17,818 nt of DNA from an archaeon. GTDB taxonomy: Archaea > Iainarchaeota > Iainarchaeia > Iainarchaeales > CSSED10-239. The translations under genes and the position numbers were made by a program. The stretch is from positions 1 through 17,818 of the forward strand of contig DAOOON010000011.1 in NCBI GenBank assembly GCA_035387745.1. The letters run 5' to 3'. This document shows, one piece after another, positions 1-7,829 of the stretch; positions within the stretch are counted from its first letter, which is position 1, and every line of letters starts with the position of its first letter. Below the pieces are notes generated by a model. That model worked only from the letters and a program-made list of their open reading frames with translations, had not been told where the DNA came from and did not search any database.

Positions 1-3000
1 AAGATGTGGATTTAGCTCATAGTCTATTACTAGGTTCTTTGCTACTTCAAGATATTTTTTTATAGAGCCCTGTGCGATTGTAAGAATTAATTTCCCCCCG
101 CAGTCGCATACTCCAGAAAGTGGCATTCTTCTATATTTCTTATTACATTTAACACATCTTAGTTTTTGTCTTGCAAATGCTCTGGTGTTACCAATAATGT
201 CTGGGAAAAGATGATAATGTAAAAGTCTTTCAAGCGAGTCTTTGTTATCTACTGCTGCAATTCTTTCTTGAAGTTTAGCTTGCTTTTGTACTTTGTCATT
301 CATTGTCTTAATAGAAATATATGCGCTTTGTTTTGGCCCTTCGTCAAAGCAAGCAGTATCATGTGTAAATTTTATACAATCATATTGCTGCTCAGTTCCA
401 AGTAGCTTTCCAGCATTAACAATTTCTGGGACCTTGTCTGCTTCTGTAAAGTTTTTAGTTGCTTTATAAAATTCAAAAGGATATTCTGTGTTAGTCTCCA
501 TCTCGTGCGACTCATCGTCAATCTCAAATGGTGAAAGAACAGTAGTAAAAGCAATTGGCGCATCCATTCTTCCGCCTCTTCCCGCACTCAAATAGGCATT
601 AGAGAAATTAAGCATGCCGTCCATTAACAAAAGCATAGAGTCCTGGTCGCCATCAACATTTCTTCTTTTTGCAGTAATATAGTAGGGGTGTCCCCAAGCC
701 AATTTAGATTTAGAAAAACCAATAATTCTTCCAACAATTCCTGCAGAAGTGTGTGGCGCAAGACCAATAACAAGTTGTCCAATCAGGTCTTCTTTAACTT
801 TAGAGTTATAAAATTTTGGAAGATTATAAAATTTCTCAAGCTCGTCATCAATAAAAGCCGCAACTCTTAAGAAATATTCTCCACAATGCTCATCAACAAT
901 TATGTCTTGTGGGAAAATAGAAACTCTTTGGTTTTCGTCTTTTAGATCATTACCTAGATAGTCTTTCTTATAACCTAGTTCTTTAATTTTTTCAAGAGTT
1001 AGGCCTAGTTCTTTAGCAGATACTTGCGATATTGTGGCGTTAAGTGCTTCGTATCTGCAGGTTCCGTCTCTAAATATATAGATATCATGCTTTGCTCTCA
1101 GTATCCCTTTTTCAAGTGGCTCTGCGTTTTTTTCTTTACTAATAAGCCCTTTTACGCCCTTTATACTTTCAGGTACTCCAACTCCAAGATTATTTGCTGC
1201 TTGTTCAATAAGCCTATCAATATTAATTTTATGTTCGACTTTAACTTTTGTTTCGCCTTTACATTTGCTACAGATTTTGTCAAATGTTTGCGTTTTACAG
1301 TTTATACATTCTCTTATTTCTTGTGTATTTATTTTACAATCAAAGCAGTAGTTCTCAAATAGTATTTTTTTACAGCTTTGGCACATATATGCTTTTATTT
1401 CTACATCATTTACTCCAAAGTTATGTGTGCTTTCTCCAGTTGCTCTTTTCTTTGTTGCTTTTATAAGATCTCTAGAATTACCAAAGCCTCTACCTATAGG
1501 AAACAAAACATGCGGCTTTCCGGCCATGTCTCTTTCGTGAGCAGCTTCTGGTCTACCCATTCTTGCGCCTACCCAAAAACCGGATTTCTCTCTAATATCA
1601 AGCTTAGATATGAGGCTTAGTATCTCGATTGTCTTTCTATTCTCGTCTTCTATCTCTTCTTTGAATTCTTCAAGAGGATTAATAGCGTTCATTGCCCCCA
1701 CAGTTTTTAGAAAAGGATATGCTTGTTCTTTTTCAATTAGTATTTTGTTTTCTGATTCAAGATATTTGTGCGGCAAACCAATTTTTTCAAGTACTGATTT
1801 AATATTTTCATTAAATTCTATTTTTAATCCAATTAGCTCTGTGTCTTTCTTGCTTAGAATATCTCCAATTCCAATAACATCAATAGTGTCGATTGTTTTT
1901 TCAAATATTTCTTTTATGTTTTCAAAAAGATTTGTCTTACTTTTCTGTTCTTCTTCGTCTGTTGTAAATATTTTGTCTGCGTCTCTAACATGTCTTATAA
2001 GTGTTTTTAGTTCTTCGTGGTTAAGTCTATCATAATAAAATATATATTTTGGATATAATGGAAATCCAAATCTCAAGCTTAATGCCACAGCAGTATATGG
2101 GTTTGGCTTGTCATTAAATTTTTTACAAATTTCTAATGTTTGTTTATTTATTTTCTCATTTCTATAAAGATAATTAATTTCAGATATCCATTCTTCTTCA
2201 ACATATCCTGCTTTGATTAACGGGTGTCCTGCTTTTCTAAAGTCTCCAACAGAGATTAGCATATCTCCAACAAACAAAATCTTATCTATCTGCGCAACAT
2301 ATTTTTTTGCGTCTTCTGTGTTATTGATTAGAATAACGTCTTTATTCTTTAATAAAACAATCGGTCCATCAATTGTTGAGCAAGGGAAATATTGTAGAGA
2401 TTTTCCTGGTCTTTCAATTCTTCCGTGTGTTCCAACAGCAATAAATTCGTCTAGAACATACATTGTTGCAGGATTGATTGCTTTTGCCATTAGCCCGGTG
2501 TTTCGCGCTTTACCATATCTAAGTCTAAATCCGCCTTCTCTAAAAGGATAGGAAAATACCGGTCTACCAGCAGCTAATCCTTCAAGATATTTACTAGAGG
2601 GCTTTAGTTCAAAGCCTTCAGCAGTCTTTTTAACCTTAACAAGCTTTTCAAGCCAAGACCAGTCAAGTCCCATTCTTTTACTAGTCTTCATAATCTTAAG
2701 TGCTCTAACATAAAGCCCATCAATTAGAACAAGGCACATTGCACCTCTTACTCTGTTTGTGTCAATGCCAGGGACGTCTCTATTAGCAACAATCTCAACT
2801 TCGTTGTCTGCAAAGCTATTCATTCTAATAGGGCAGTTCTCTACCATGATTTTAACTTCTGCTTCTGTTACTCTTTGCTGTCTTACCACAACTTCGTCTT
2901 GATAAAGCATTGCTTCTTCAATTACTCTTTCTATTTCTTTCTTGCTTGGTTTATATCTATCTATTCCAAGCTTCTTTCTTGCAAGGTCTCCAAGTAATAG

Positions 3001-3486
3001 TGGTAAGGTTTGTGCGTTTCCTCCAGCAGCTCTAATAGGCCCTGCATAATAAATATCAATAAAATTTGTGTCGTCTTGGTTTTTTGATAGTTTGATTTCT
3101 GGTAAACCATCTAGAGGAGAGACAACAACACCTTCTGTCTCGATAATGAGTGCAGTTCTTAGCGCTTGGTCTAGTCTTTTTTCTGGGTCTTCAATATTAC
3201 CAAGTTCTTTATCCAGTATCATATTAAATATTTCAAGCATTACTGGAAATCTTTTTTTATGTTTTTCCCATAATTCGTTATAAACTTTAGCAACGCCTGG
3301 CGGTCCAACCAAAAGTTCTGTCTTTTCTGCAATTCCTTTTGCAGGCACAGACTCAATGTCTTTAAAAAGATCTTTTCCTTGGCTTCTTGCGTTTTTTGCA
3401 ATAGCTACCGCTGCATCAATGTCTGCAGTTAACTTTGCATAATATTCTTTTGTTTCCTTATTTGCAAGAATATTTAGTTCACTCAT
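1..3486 (-). CDS. polC: DNA polymerase II (family D, PolD) large catalytic subunit DP2; partial, the 3' end of the gene lies beyond window base 1
   Basis: Absent from the supplied ORF track because there is no stop inside the window. My reverse-complement translation from ATG 3486..3484 reads 1162 sense codons with no stop down to base 1 (MSELNILANKETKEYYAKLTADIDAAVAIAKNARSQGKD ... KKYLEVAKNLVIDYELNPHL). DP2 hallmark blocks are present: IDIYYAGPIRAAGGNAQTLP, EGGFRLRYGKARNTGLMAKAINPATM, FWVGARMGRPEAAHERDMAGKPHVLFPIG, LVIGLAPHTSAGIVGRIIGFS, HPYYITAKRRNVDGDQDSMLLLMDG, GRGGRMDAPI, IGNTRAFARQKLRCVKCNKKYRRMPLSGVCDCGGKL. There are also Cys4 clusters CQSC-x8-CFDC and CINC-x8-CSKC. The start ATG overlaps the DP1 stop (ATGA). 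Confidence 0.93.
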   Translation of the reverse strand, partial: MSELNILANKETKEYYAKLTADIDAAVAIAKNARSQGKDLFKDIESVPAKGIAEKTELLVGPPGVAKVYNELWEKHKKRFPVMLEIFNMILDKELGNIEDPEKRLDQALRTALIIETEGVVVSPLDGLPEIKLSKNQDDTNFIDIYYAGPIRAAGGNAQTLPLLLGDLARKKLGIDRYKPSKKEIERVIEEAMLYQDEVVVRQQRVTEAEVKIMVENCPIRMNSFADNEVEIVANRDVPGIDTNRVRGAMCLVLIDGLYVRALKIMKTSKRMGLDWSWLEKLVKVKKTAEGFELKPSSKYLEGLAAGRPVFSYPFREGGFRLRYGKARNTGLMAKAINPATMYVLDEFIAVGTHGRIERPGKSLQYFPCSTIDGPIVLLKNKDVILINNTEDAKKYVAQIDKILFVGDMLISVGDFRKAGHPLIKAGYVEEEWISEINYLYRNEKINKQTLEICKKFNDKPNPYTAVALSLRFGFPLYPKYIFYYDRLNHEELKTLIRHVRDADKIFTTDEEEQKSKTNLFENIKEIFEKTIDTIDVIGIGDILSKKDTELIGLKIEFNENIKSVLEKIGLPHKYLESENKILIEKEQAYPFLKTVGAMNAINPLEEFKEEIEDENRKTIEILSLISKLDIREKSGFWVGARMGRPEAAHERDMAGKPHVLFPIGRGFGNSRDLIKATKKRATGESTHNFGVNDVEIKAYMCQSCKKILFENYCFDCKINTQEIRECINCKTQTFDKICSKCKGETKVKVEHKINIDRLIEQAANNLGVGVPESIKGVKGLISKEKNAEPLEKGILRAKHDIYIFRDGTCRYEALNATISQVSAKELGLTLEKIKELGYKKDYLGNDLKDENQRVSIFPQDIIVDEHCGEYFLRVAAFIDDELEKFYNLPKFYNSKVKEDLIGQLVIGLAPHTSAGIVGRIIGFSKSKLAWGHPYYITAKRRNVDGDQDSMLLLMDGMLNFSNAYLSAGRGGRMDAPIAFTTVLSPFEIDDESHEMETNTEYPFEFYKATKNFTEADKVPEIVNAGKLLGTEQQYDCIKFTHDTACFDEGPKQSAYISIKTMNDKVQKQAKLQERIAAVDNKDSLERLLHYHLFPDIIGNTRAFARQKLRCVKCNKKYRRMPLSGVCDCGGKLILTIAQGSIKKYLEVAKNLVIDYELNPHL

Positions 3487-4961
3487 TTACATTCAATTTT
3501 ATTTTCTTGTTTTTCGAAGTCTTTTATGCATAGCTTTTGATTCTTCAAATTAAACAATATTGCTTTTGAGACTGTTGGCGTGTGTCCCATCTCCATCTGA
3601 AAAGAGGTTATTGATTGCCAGCAAGAAGTACTGATAAGATGGCAATTTTTGTATTTTGAATAAGCATGATGATGTATGTGCCCGCAGATAAAAACGTCTG
3701 GTATTTCTTTTATTGTTAAAAAGTTCTTCTCAATTGGAATAAATGTTTGTTTTTCTCCAAACTGTGGCATCAAGTCTCTTCTTTTAAGTAGTTCTTTTTG
3801 TGCAAGGTCAGGATGGTCCATCTTTAGGTCTTTTATTTTTCCAAATATTCCATGTAATGATACGCCGTGGTATATAAGAAACATAACGCCTTCAAGTTCG
3901 ATCCATGACGGTGAGCCCATAATATGTATGTTTTTCTTAGAATAAAGTCGCGGTAAAAACTTCTCAGGAATACTTGGCTGCGGGTCTGATACTCTTACAG
4001 CATCGTGATTTCCTGGCATTAAAAATACTTCAATCTCTTCTGGTATCTTAAGTATATATTCTTCAAACGCTCTATACTGTTCAAATATATCAGTGATTGC
4101 AAGTTCATCATATTGTTTAGGGTATATTCCAATGCCATCAACTAGGTCTCCAGCAACAATAACATATTTTATTTTTTCAATAATCTTTTTGTCTTCATCA
4201 GAGACATTAAAAGCATTTAGCCACTCAATAAAACTAGTAAACTCGTCTTCTCTAAAAAGCTTACTACCAACATGTGTGTCTCCTAAGATAACAACATGGC
4301 TGTCGTCTTTTAGTGTTTGTGTTTTTGTTTGATACGGCATGTCTGCATACATTATTTCTCTAGCAATAAATATGTCTTTAGATAGCACAGAGCATTTAAA
4401 TCCTAAGACATTATCCATTAGTATTTCTTTAGGATTAACTTCGTATTTATTGGCGCTTTTGTTTTCTTTGTCTTCCATAACCACAATATTGACTTTTCCC
4501 GTCGGGTCATCAATTGTTAAAAGTAGGTTTCCGTTTTTTGTTGTTCGTTTGTCAAGAACCATTCCAATAACATGCACTTCTTTTCCTTTGACTTCTCGTT
4601 TTGCGTCAGCAATTGTTTGATAGCTAAAGTCTACTCTTTTTTTAATAATTTCAGAAAGCGTATTATATTTATCTAAGAATAATGCTAAAAAGTCCTCAAC
4701 AGAGCCTTGTGATAATTTCTTTCCAGTAACATCCAAGCTATCAAGTATTCTGTAGTTTTTTCCGTCTGTTGTTATTTCTTGGTTTGTTTCATTAAATGAG
4801 TTTATTACTTTTCTAATATCTTCAGTTGACACAAATATTTTTTTTTCTTCGAAAAGTCTATCAAGTATTTTCTTATAGTTATTATTATTTAAAAGTCTTA
4901 AGCAATCTTCGCTAATTATCAGATCCTTATTCTGTGCATAACAGATGATATTGGAATCCAT
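3483..4961 (-). CDS. polB: DNA polymerase II (PolD) small subunit DP1, with OB fold and Mre11/calcineurin-like phosphoesterase (proofreading exonuclease) domain
   Basis: 492-aa ORF. An OB-fold-like segment (VHVIGMVLDKRTTKNGNLLLTIDDPTGKVNIVV) is followed by metallophosphoesterase motifs in canonical order: VVILGDTHVGS, VIVAGDLVDG, LMPGNHD, LIYHG, ICGHIHHH. It lies directly upstream of DP2 with a 4-nt ATGA overlap, and only 4 nt downstream of the preceding gene. Confidence 0.9.
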   Translation of the reverse strand: MDSNIICYAQNKDLIISEDCLRLLNNNNYKKILDRLFEEKKIFVSTEDIRKVINSFNETNQEITTDGKNYRILDSLDVTGKKLSQGSVEDFLALFLDKYNTLSEIIKKRVDFSYQTIADAKREVKGKEVHVIGMVLDKRTTKNGNLLLTIDDPTGKVNIVVMEDKENKSANKYEVNPKEILMDNVLGFKCSVLSKDIFIAREIMYADMPYQTKTQTLKDDSHVVILGDTHVGSKLFREDEFTSFIEWLNAFNVSDEDKKIIEKIKYVIVAGDLVDGIGIYPKQYDELAITDIFEQYRAFEEYILKIPEEIEVFLMPGNHDAVRVSDPQPSIPEKFLPRLYSKKNIHIMGSPSWIELEGVMFLIYHGVSLHGIFGKIKDLKMDHPDLAQKELLKRRDLMPQFGEKQTFIPIEKNFLTIKEIPDVFICGHIHHHAYSKYKNCHLISTSCWQSITSFQMEMGHTPTVSKAILFNLKNQKLCIKDFEKQENKIECK

Positions 4962-4965
4962 GTTT

Positions 4966-5244
4966 TCATTTTATACTTTCTTTTAGGTTTTCTAATTTAC
5001 TAATAAGCGACCAAACTGCGCTTCTACAAAATTGTGGTACGTTGTTGTTATTTGTTATGTCTTCTAGTTCGTAAAGTATACTAGATATTTCTAGGTCATC
5101 GCATTTCTTCTCTAGTCTCTTCTCTATACCTAATATAAGAGTCTTAAGGTTTTTAGGAATAGACCCGTCTTCTGCTAGAAACTCAATTTCTGAAACAATC
5201 TCTTCAATCATTTTAGAAGTGTCAATAGTTTTCTTTTTTGGCAT
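4966..5244 (-). CDS. UPF0147-family small helical protein (archaeal, function unknown)
   Basis: About 92 aa from ATG 5244. It matches my recollection of the UPF0147 pattern (D-t-S-V-P-R-N-I-R ... L-D-E-I-s-x-D-P-N-x-P-x-x-x-R-t-x-x-W-x-x-x-S-x-L-E): LAEDGSIPKNLKT ... LYELEDITNNNNVPQFCRSAVWSLISKLENL. The ORF track starts at GTG 5253, but that GTG lies inside an SD-like GGAAGTGAT (5257..5249) located 4 nt upstream of ATG 5244. Confidence 0.6.
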   Translation of the reverse strand: MPKKKTIDTSKMIEEIVSEIEFLAEDGSIPKNLKTLILGIEKRLEKKCDDLEISSILYELEDITNNNNVPQFCRSAVWSLISKLENLKESIK

Positions 5245-5384
5245 TTTTATCACTTCCTTTATTTTTAATTATAAAAATAGAAATTAATATATATTTTAGT
5301 AGCAAAAGCTTTTTTAATAGCTATTGGTTAATTTTTTTAATTAAAACCAAGGCATTTTAATGTTTTGGTTAATTTATATATGTG
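5245..5384. promoter_or_regulatory. Divergent intergenic promoter region (UPF0147-polD operon leftwards, pilin-like gene rightwards)
   Basis: 140 nt of AT-rich DNA between divergent starts. TATA-like runs are present on both strands (tttttaattataaaaata 5271-5288; tttttttaattaaaa 5332-5346). There are two direct copies of TTGGTTAAT (5324-5332, 5365-5373) and an inverted AACCAA (5345-5350). No transcription start site can be determined from sequence alone. Confidence 0.5.
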
Positions 5385-6758
5385 ATGAAGATATCTATTT
5401 ACAAGAAAAGGGCTCTTGCTCCTATTATTTCTGCAATCCTGTTATTGGTTGTGGGCGTTATACTTGTAACTATAGTTTTAACTTGGGGCAAAAACTTTAC
5501 CACTAAAAATTTAGATTCAGCAACTGATTTTGGGGCGTTATCAGCGTCTGATGCTAGTCTTTTTGTTTTTTCTAAAACCTTTAAGGAAGGTGTAGTTATG
5601 TTTACTTATTCTCCGCCAAGTTATTTAATGGACGAAGAAATAACAATAACTCACTATCGGATAGTTGATATTCCAGAAATGACTTCTGTTCAATTAACAA
5701 CTCCAGTAACTTTATCAGCAAGCACAAACATTGTTCCTTTAGAGTGTTTATATGAATATTCAAAGTCCAGTGCAGACATTACTATTCAGTTTATTACAAC
5801 AGAAAACAAATACATAGAAGTAAAGACAAGAGATCCTAATATAGTTTGTACTTCTGGAGGCACAGGAACAGAAGAGGACCCAATAATTGTTTGTAATGCT
5901 GAAGATTTAAACGACATCAGAACAGACCTTGATGCAAACTATGCTTTAGGGAAAGACATTGATCTTCAATGCTTCTCAAGACAAGATATCAACGGCTGGG
6001 AACCGATTGGAACAGACGCGTCTCCATTTACTGGTTCTCTTGATGGTCAAAATCACAAAATAAGTAATTTATATATTAATAGGCCAACAGCAGATTATGT
6101 TGGATTATTTAAATCTGCAACTGTCGAATCTACAATAATTAAAAATTTAGGGTTAGAAGATGTAAATATAACTGGTAATGGCCAAACCGGGGGAATTTTT
6201 GGTTCTTTGGAATATGGGCAGATTACCAATTCTTATGTTTCTGGTTATATTTCAGGAGGCGCCAGTGTTGGAGGATTAATTGGTTCTGGTTTTAATCCAA
6301 ATATTTCTAATTCCCATTCTACTGGAGAAATACGCAGTAATGAATCGGCAGGGGGGATAGCAGGAACTACAGAAGGCGGGGCTTATAATAATTGTTATTC
6401 TTTAGCTAATGTAACGCGTAATTCTGGTGTGTCTGAAACAAGCTTTGGAGGGTTTATTGGATTAATAGAGGGGACTCCAACAGTAAATAATAGTTATTCA
6501 ACTGGCCAAATAATTTATGAAGGAACAACCAATCCAACAAACAGAGGGTTTTCTAGTGATGCAATTACAGGCACTTCTTGTTATTGGGACACAGAAACGT
6601 CAGGTCAATTAACAAGTGGTAGTGGAGCAACAGGAAAAACCACAGCAGAGATGAAAACTCAAAGCACATTTACTGGCTGGGATTTTTCAAGCATCTGGGG
6701 AATGGATTCAAGTACAAATAGCGGTTATCCATATCTAAGAAGTAATCCTCCAGATTAA
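5385..6758 (+). CDS. Surface protein with an archaeal type IV pilin-like (class III) signal peptide fused to a GLUG-motif beta-helix domain (putative adhesin)
   Basis: The N-terminus MKISIYKKRA/LAPIISAILLLVVGVILVTIVLTW is basic, then has small Ala at -1, then a hydrophobic helix. This matches the archaeal prepilin/DUF1628-type pattern. From about aa 158 on there is TSGGTGTEEDPIIVCNAEDLNDIR...YALGKDIDL...WEPIG...PFTGSLDGQNHKISNLYI, followed by repeated GLUG-like units (YVGLFKS, TGGIFGS, VGGLIGS, AGGIAGT, FGGFIGL). It ends with the typical tail KTQSTFTGWDFSSIWGMDSSTNSGYPYL. ATG 5385 is preferred over the track's GTG 5382. Confidence 0.75.
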   Translation: MKISIYKKRALAPIISAILLLVVGVILVTIVLTWGKNFTTKNLDSATDFGALSASDASLFVFSKTFKEGVVMFTYSPPSYLMDEEITITHYRIVDIPEMTSVQLTTPVTLSASTNIVPLECLYEYSKSSADITIQFITTENKYIEVKTRDPNIVCTSGGTGTEEDPIIVCNAEDLNDIRTDLDANYALGKDIDLQCFSRQDINGWEPIGTDASPFTGSLDGQNHKISNLYINRPTADYVGLFKSATVESTIIKNLGLEDVNITGNGQTGGIFGSLEYGQITNSYVSGYISGGASVGGLIGSGFNPNISNSHSTGEIRSNESAGGIAGTTEGGAYNNCYSLANVTRNSGVSETSFGGFIGLIEGTPTVNNSYSTGQIIYEGTTNPTNRGFSSDAITGTSCYWDTETSGQLTSGSGATGKTTAEMKTQSTFTGWDFSSIWGMDSSTNSGYPYLRSNPPD

Positions 6759-6772
6759 GATTTAATTTACAA

Positions 6773-7705
6773 TTAGCTCCATCTGCTTTTCTTTTTCTTT
6801 TCTACAGGATAAGTTTCTATAAGTTCTTTCATACCTATATTTTCTTGGCCTTCTAGATACTGGTCTTTTGTGTAGGTACTAGATACGACGATTTTCTTTT
6901 CAGGATTGTTTTCTCTTAAGGTTTTTAACATCTCTGTCTGTTGTTCTTTGTTTAATGTAGGATTATATACAAAAACTATTAGGTCTGATATGGCTTTAAT
7001 TGCAGCAATTGCTTGCTTTTCAATTGCATTCATTTCTTTAAAGTCTGTATGTATTAGGCCAGGCGTATCAATTACTTGATATATGTCTTGTCTTCTTTTA
7101 AAAAAACCAATGTTTAATGCTTTAGTAGTAAAAGCATAGGAGTTTATTTCTGGTGTTGCTTCTGTAATCTTTGTAAGAAAAGTTGTTTTTCCTGCATTTG
7201 GTATTCCAACAAGAACTATAGTTCTAAGATTAAAGTCAGGACTTGCAATCCTTGCAAATTCTTTTTCTAAATCTTGAAGTTTTGCAAAAGTACTATCTAG
7301 GTTTTTAATAACTGAAGATATTCTTCCAACATATTCTTTTTTTATTCTAACAAATTTGTCTTTGTCAAACTTACTGCTTCTTCTACTTTGCATTCTTAAA
7401 AGTAGTCTCTTATACTGCTCAGAAATTTTGTTAACAACAGTAATGGTACTAACAATATGGTTCTTATATTTCTCCATTGTGCTTTTAGAACAGATATTTT
7501 TAAACATCATCTGGTAATATTCGTTTTTTATCTCATAGTCTGGTAGTTTATCATTAATGCCTTTTAGTCTGTCAGTTATTGCTATCTGGTAAGCAGAAAT
7601 ATACTTATGTGCAAGTTCGTTTTTCTGAAAGTCTTTTATTCTTCTAACCTTTGTAATAACATTATCAAGCAGTTCTTTTGATTTTACGATTTTTGGAAAG
7701 TTCAT
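6773..7705 (-). CDS. NOG1/Obg-like GTP-binding protein (archaeal Nog1 homologue, ribosome-biogenesis type GTPase)
   Basis: 310 aa. A helical N-terminal domain is followed by G1 LVGIPNAGKTT, G2 YAFTTK and G3 VIDTPGL, then the AIEKQAIAAIKAISDLIVFV block typical of Nog1-type proteins. A canonical NKxD G4 motif is not evident (see findings). Confidence 0.75.
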   Translation of the reverse strand: MNFPKIVKSKELLDNVITKVRRIKDFQKNELAHKYISAYQIAITDRLKGINDKLPDYEIKNEYYQMMFKNICSKSTMEKYKNHIVSTITVVNKISEQYKRLLLRMQSRRSSKFDKDKFVRIKKEYVGRISSVIKNLDSTFAKLQDLEKEFARIASPDFNLRTIVLVGIPNAGKTTFLTKITEATPEINSYAFTTKALNIGFFKRRQDIYQVIDTPGLIHTDFKEMNAIEKQAIAAIKAISDLIVFVYNPTLNKEQQTEMLKTLRENNPEKKIVVSSTYTKDQYLEGQENIGMKELIETYPVEKKKKSRWS

Positions 7706-7829
7706 AGCAATTTTCTCTTTATTTCTTTAAATAAAAAAGGTATTTAAAGCATTTGGTTAATAAAATATATAATAATATAATATTTTATATATACTTCTTA
7801 TTTTGAATAGTAAAACGGTGTAAAGATCT
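7706..7829. promoter_or_regulatory. Divergent intergenic promoter region (GTPase leftwards, secF-secD rightwards)
   Basis: On the minus strand, TATA-like ttttttatttaaa (7727-7739) lies about 27 nt upstream of ATG 7705, which is consistent with a leaderless or near-leaderless mRNA. On the plus strand there are AT-rich TATA candidates (aatatata 7764-7771, ttttatatata 7783-7793) and an SD-like GGTG (7817-7820) 9 nt before ATG 7830. A third copy of TTGGTTAAT is at 7753-7761. Confidence 0.5.

Noticed and set aside
372-587. Minus-strand 71-aa ORF
   Set aside because: It is an alternative frame inside the DP2 gene. The DP2 frame across the same bases encodes conserved blocks (GRGGRMDAPI, FEIDDESHEME).
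688-3283. Seven plus-strand ORFs from the track (688-870, 1024-1362, 1248-1466, 1378-1620, 1610-2035, 2213-2551, 3068-3283)
   Set aside because: All lie antisense to the continuous DP2 reading frame. Their translations are low-complexity F/S/L/C-rich strings, which is typical of the antisense of AT-rich, Lys/Glu/Asn-rich coding sequence. They have no motifs and they overlap one another.
1-3486. An intein or other insertion in DP2, since PolD large subunits host inteins in some archaea
   Set aside because: Conserved DP2 blocks follow each other with ordinary spacing. There is no extra segment of about 150-500 aa bounded by Cys/Ser ... His-Asn-Cys/Ser/Thr splice junction motifs.
3676-4620. Plus-strand ORFs 3676-3945, 4093-4332 and 4339-4620
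   Set aside because: They are antisense shadows within the DP1 gene. They are Ser/Phe/Ile-rich with no recognisable domain.
7761-7800. An AT-only quasi-palindromic, tandem-like stretch (taaaatatataataatataatattttatatata), and a similar one at 17146-17170, considered as possible terminal inverted repeats or a MITE
   Set aside because: These are low-complexity (TA)n-like promoter DNA located exactly between divergent or upstream gene starts. There are no flanking direct repeats and no transposase. Similarity between the two sites is limited to TATA-type composition.
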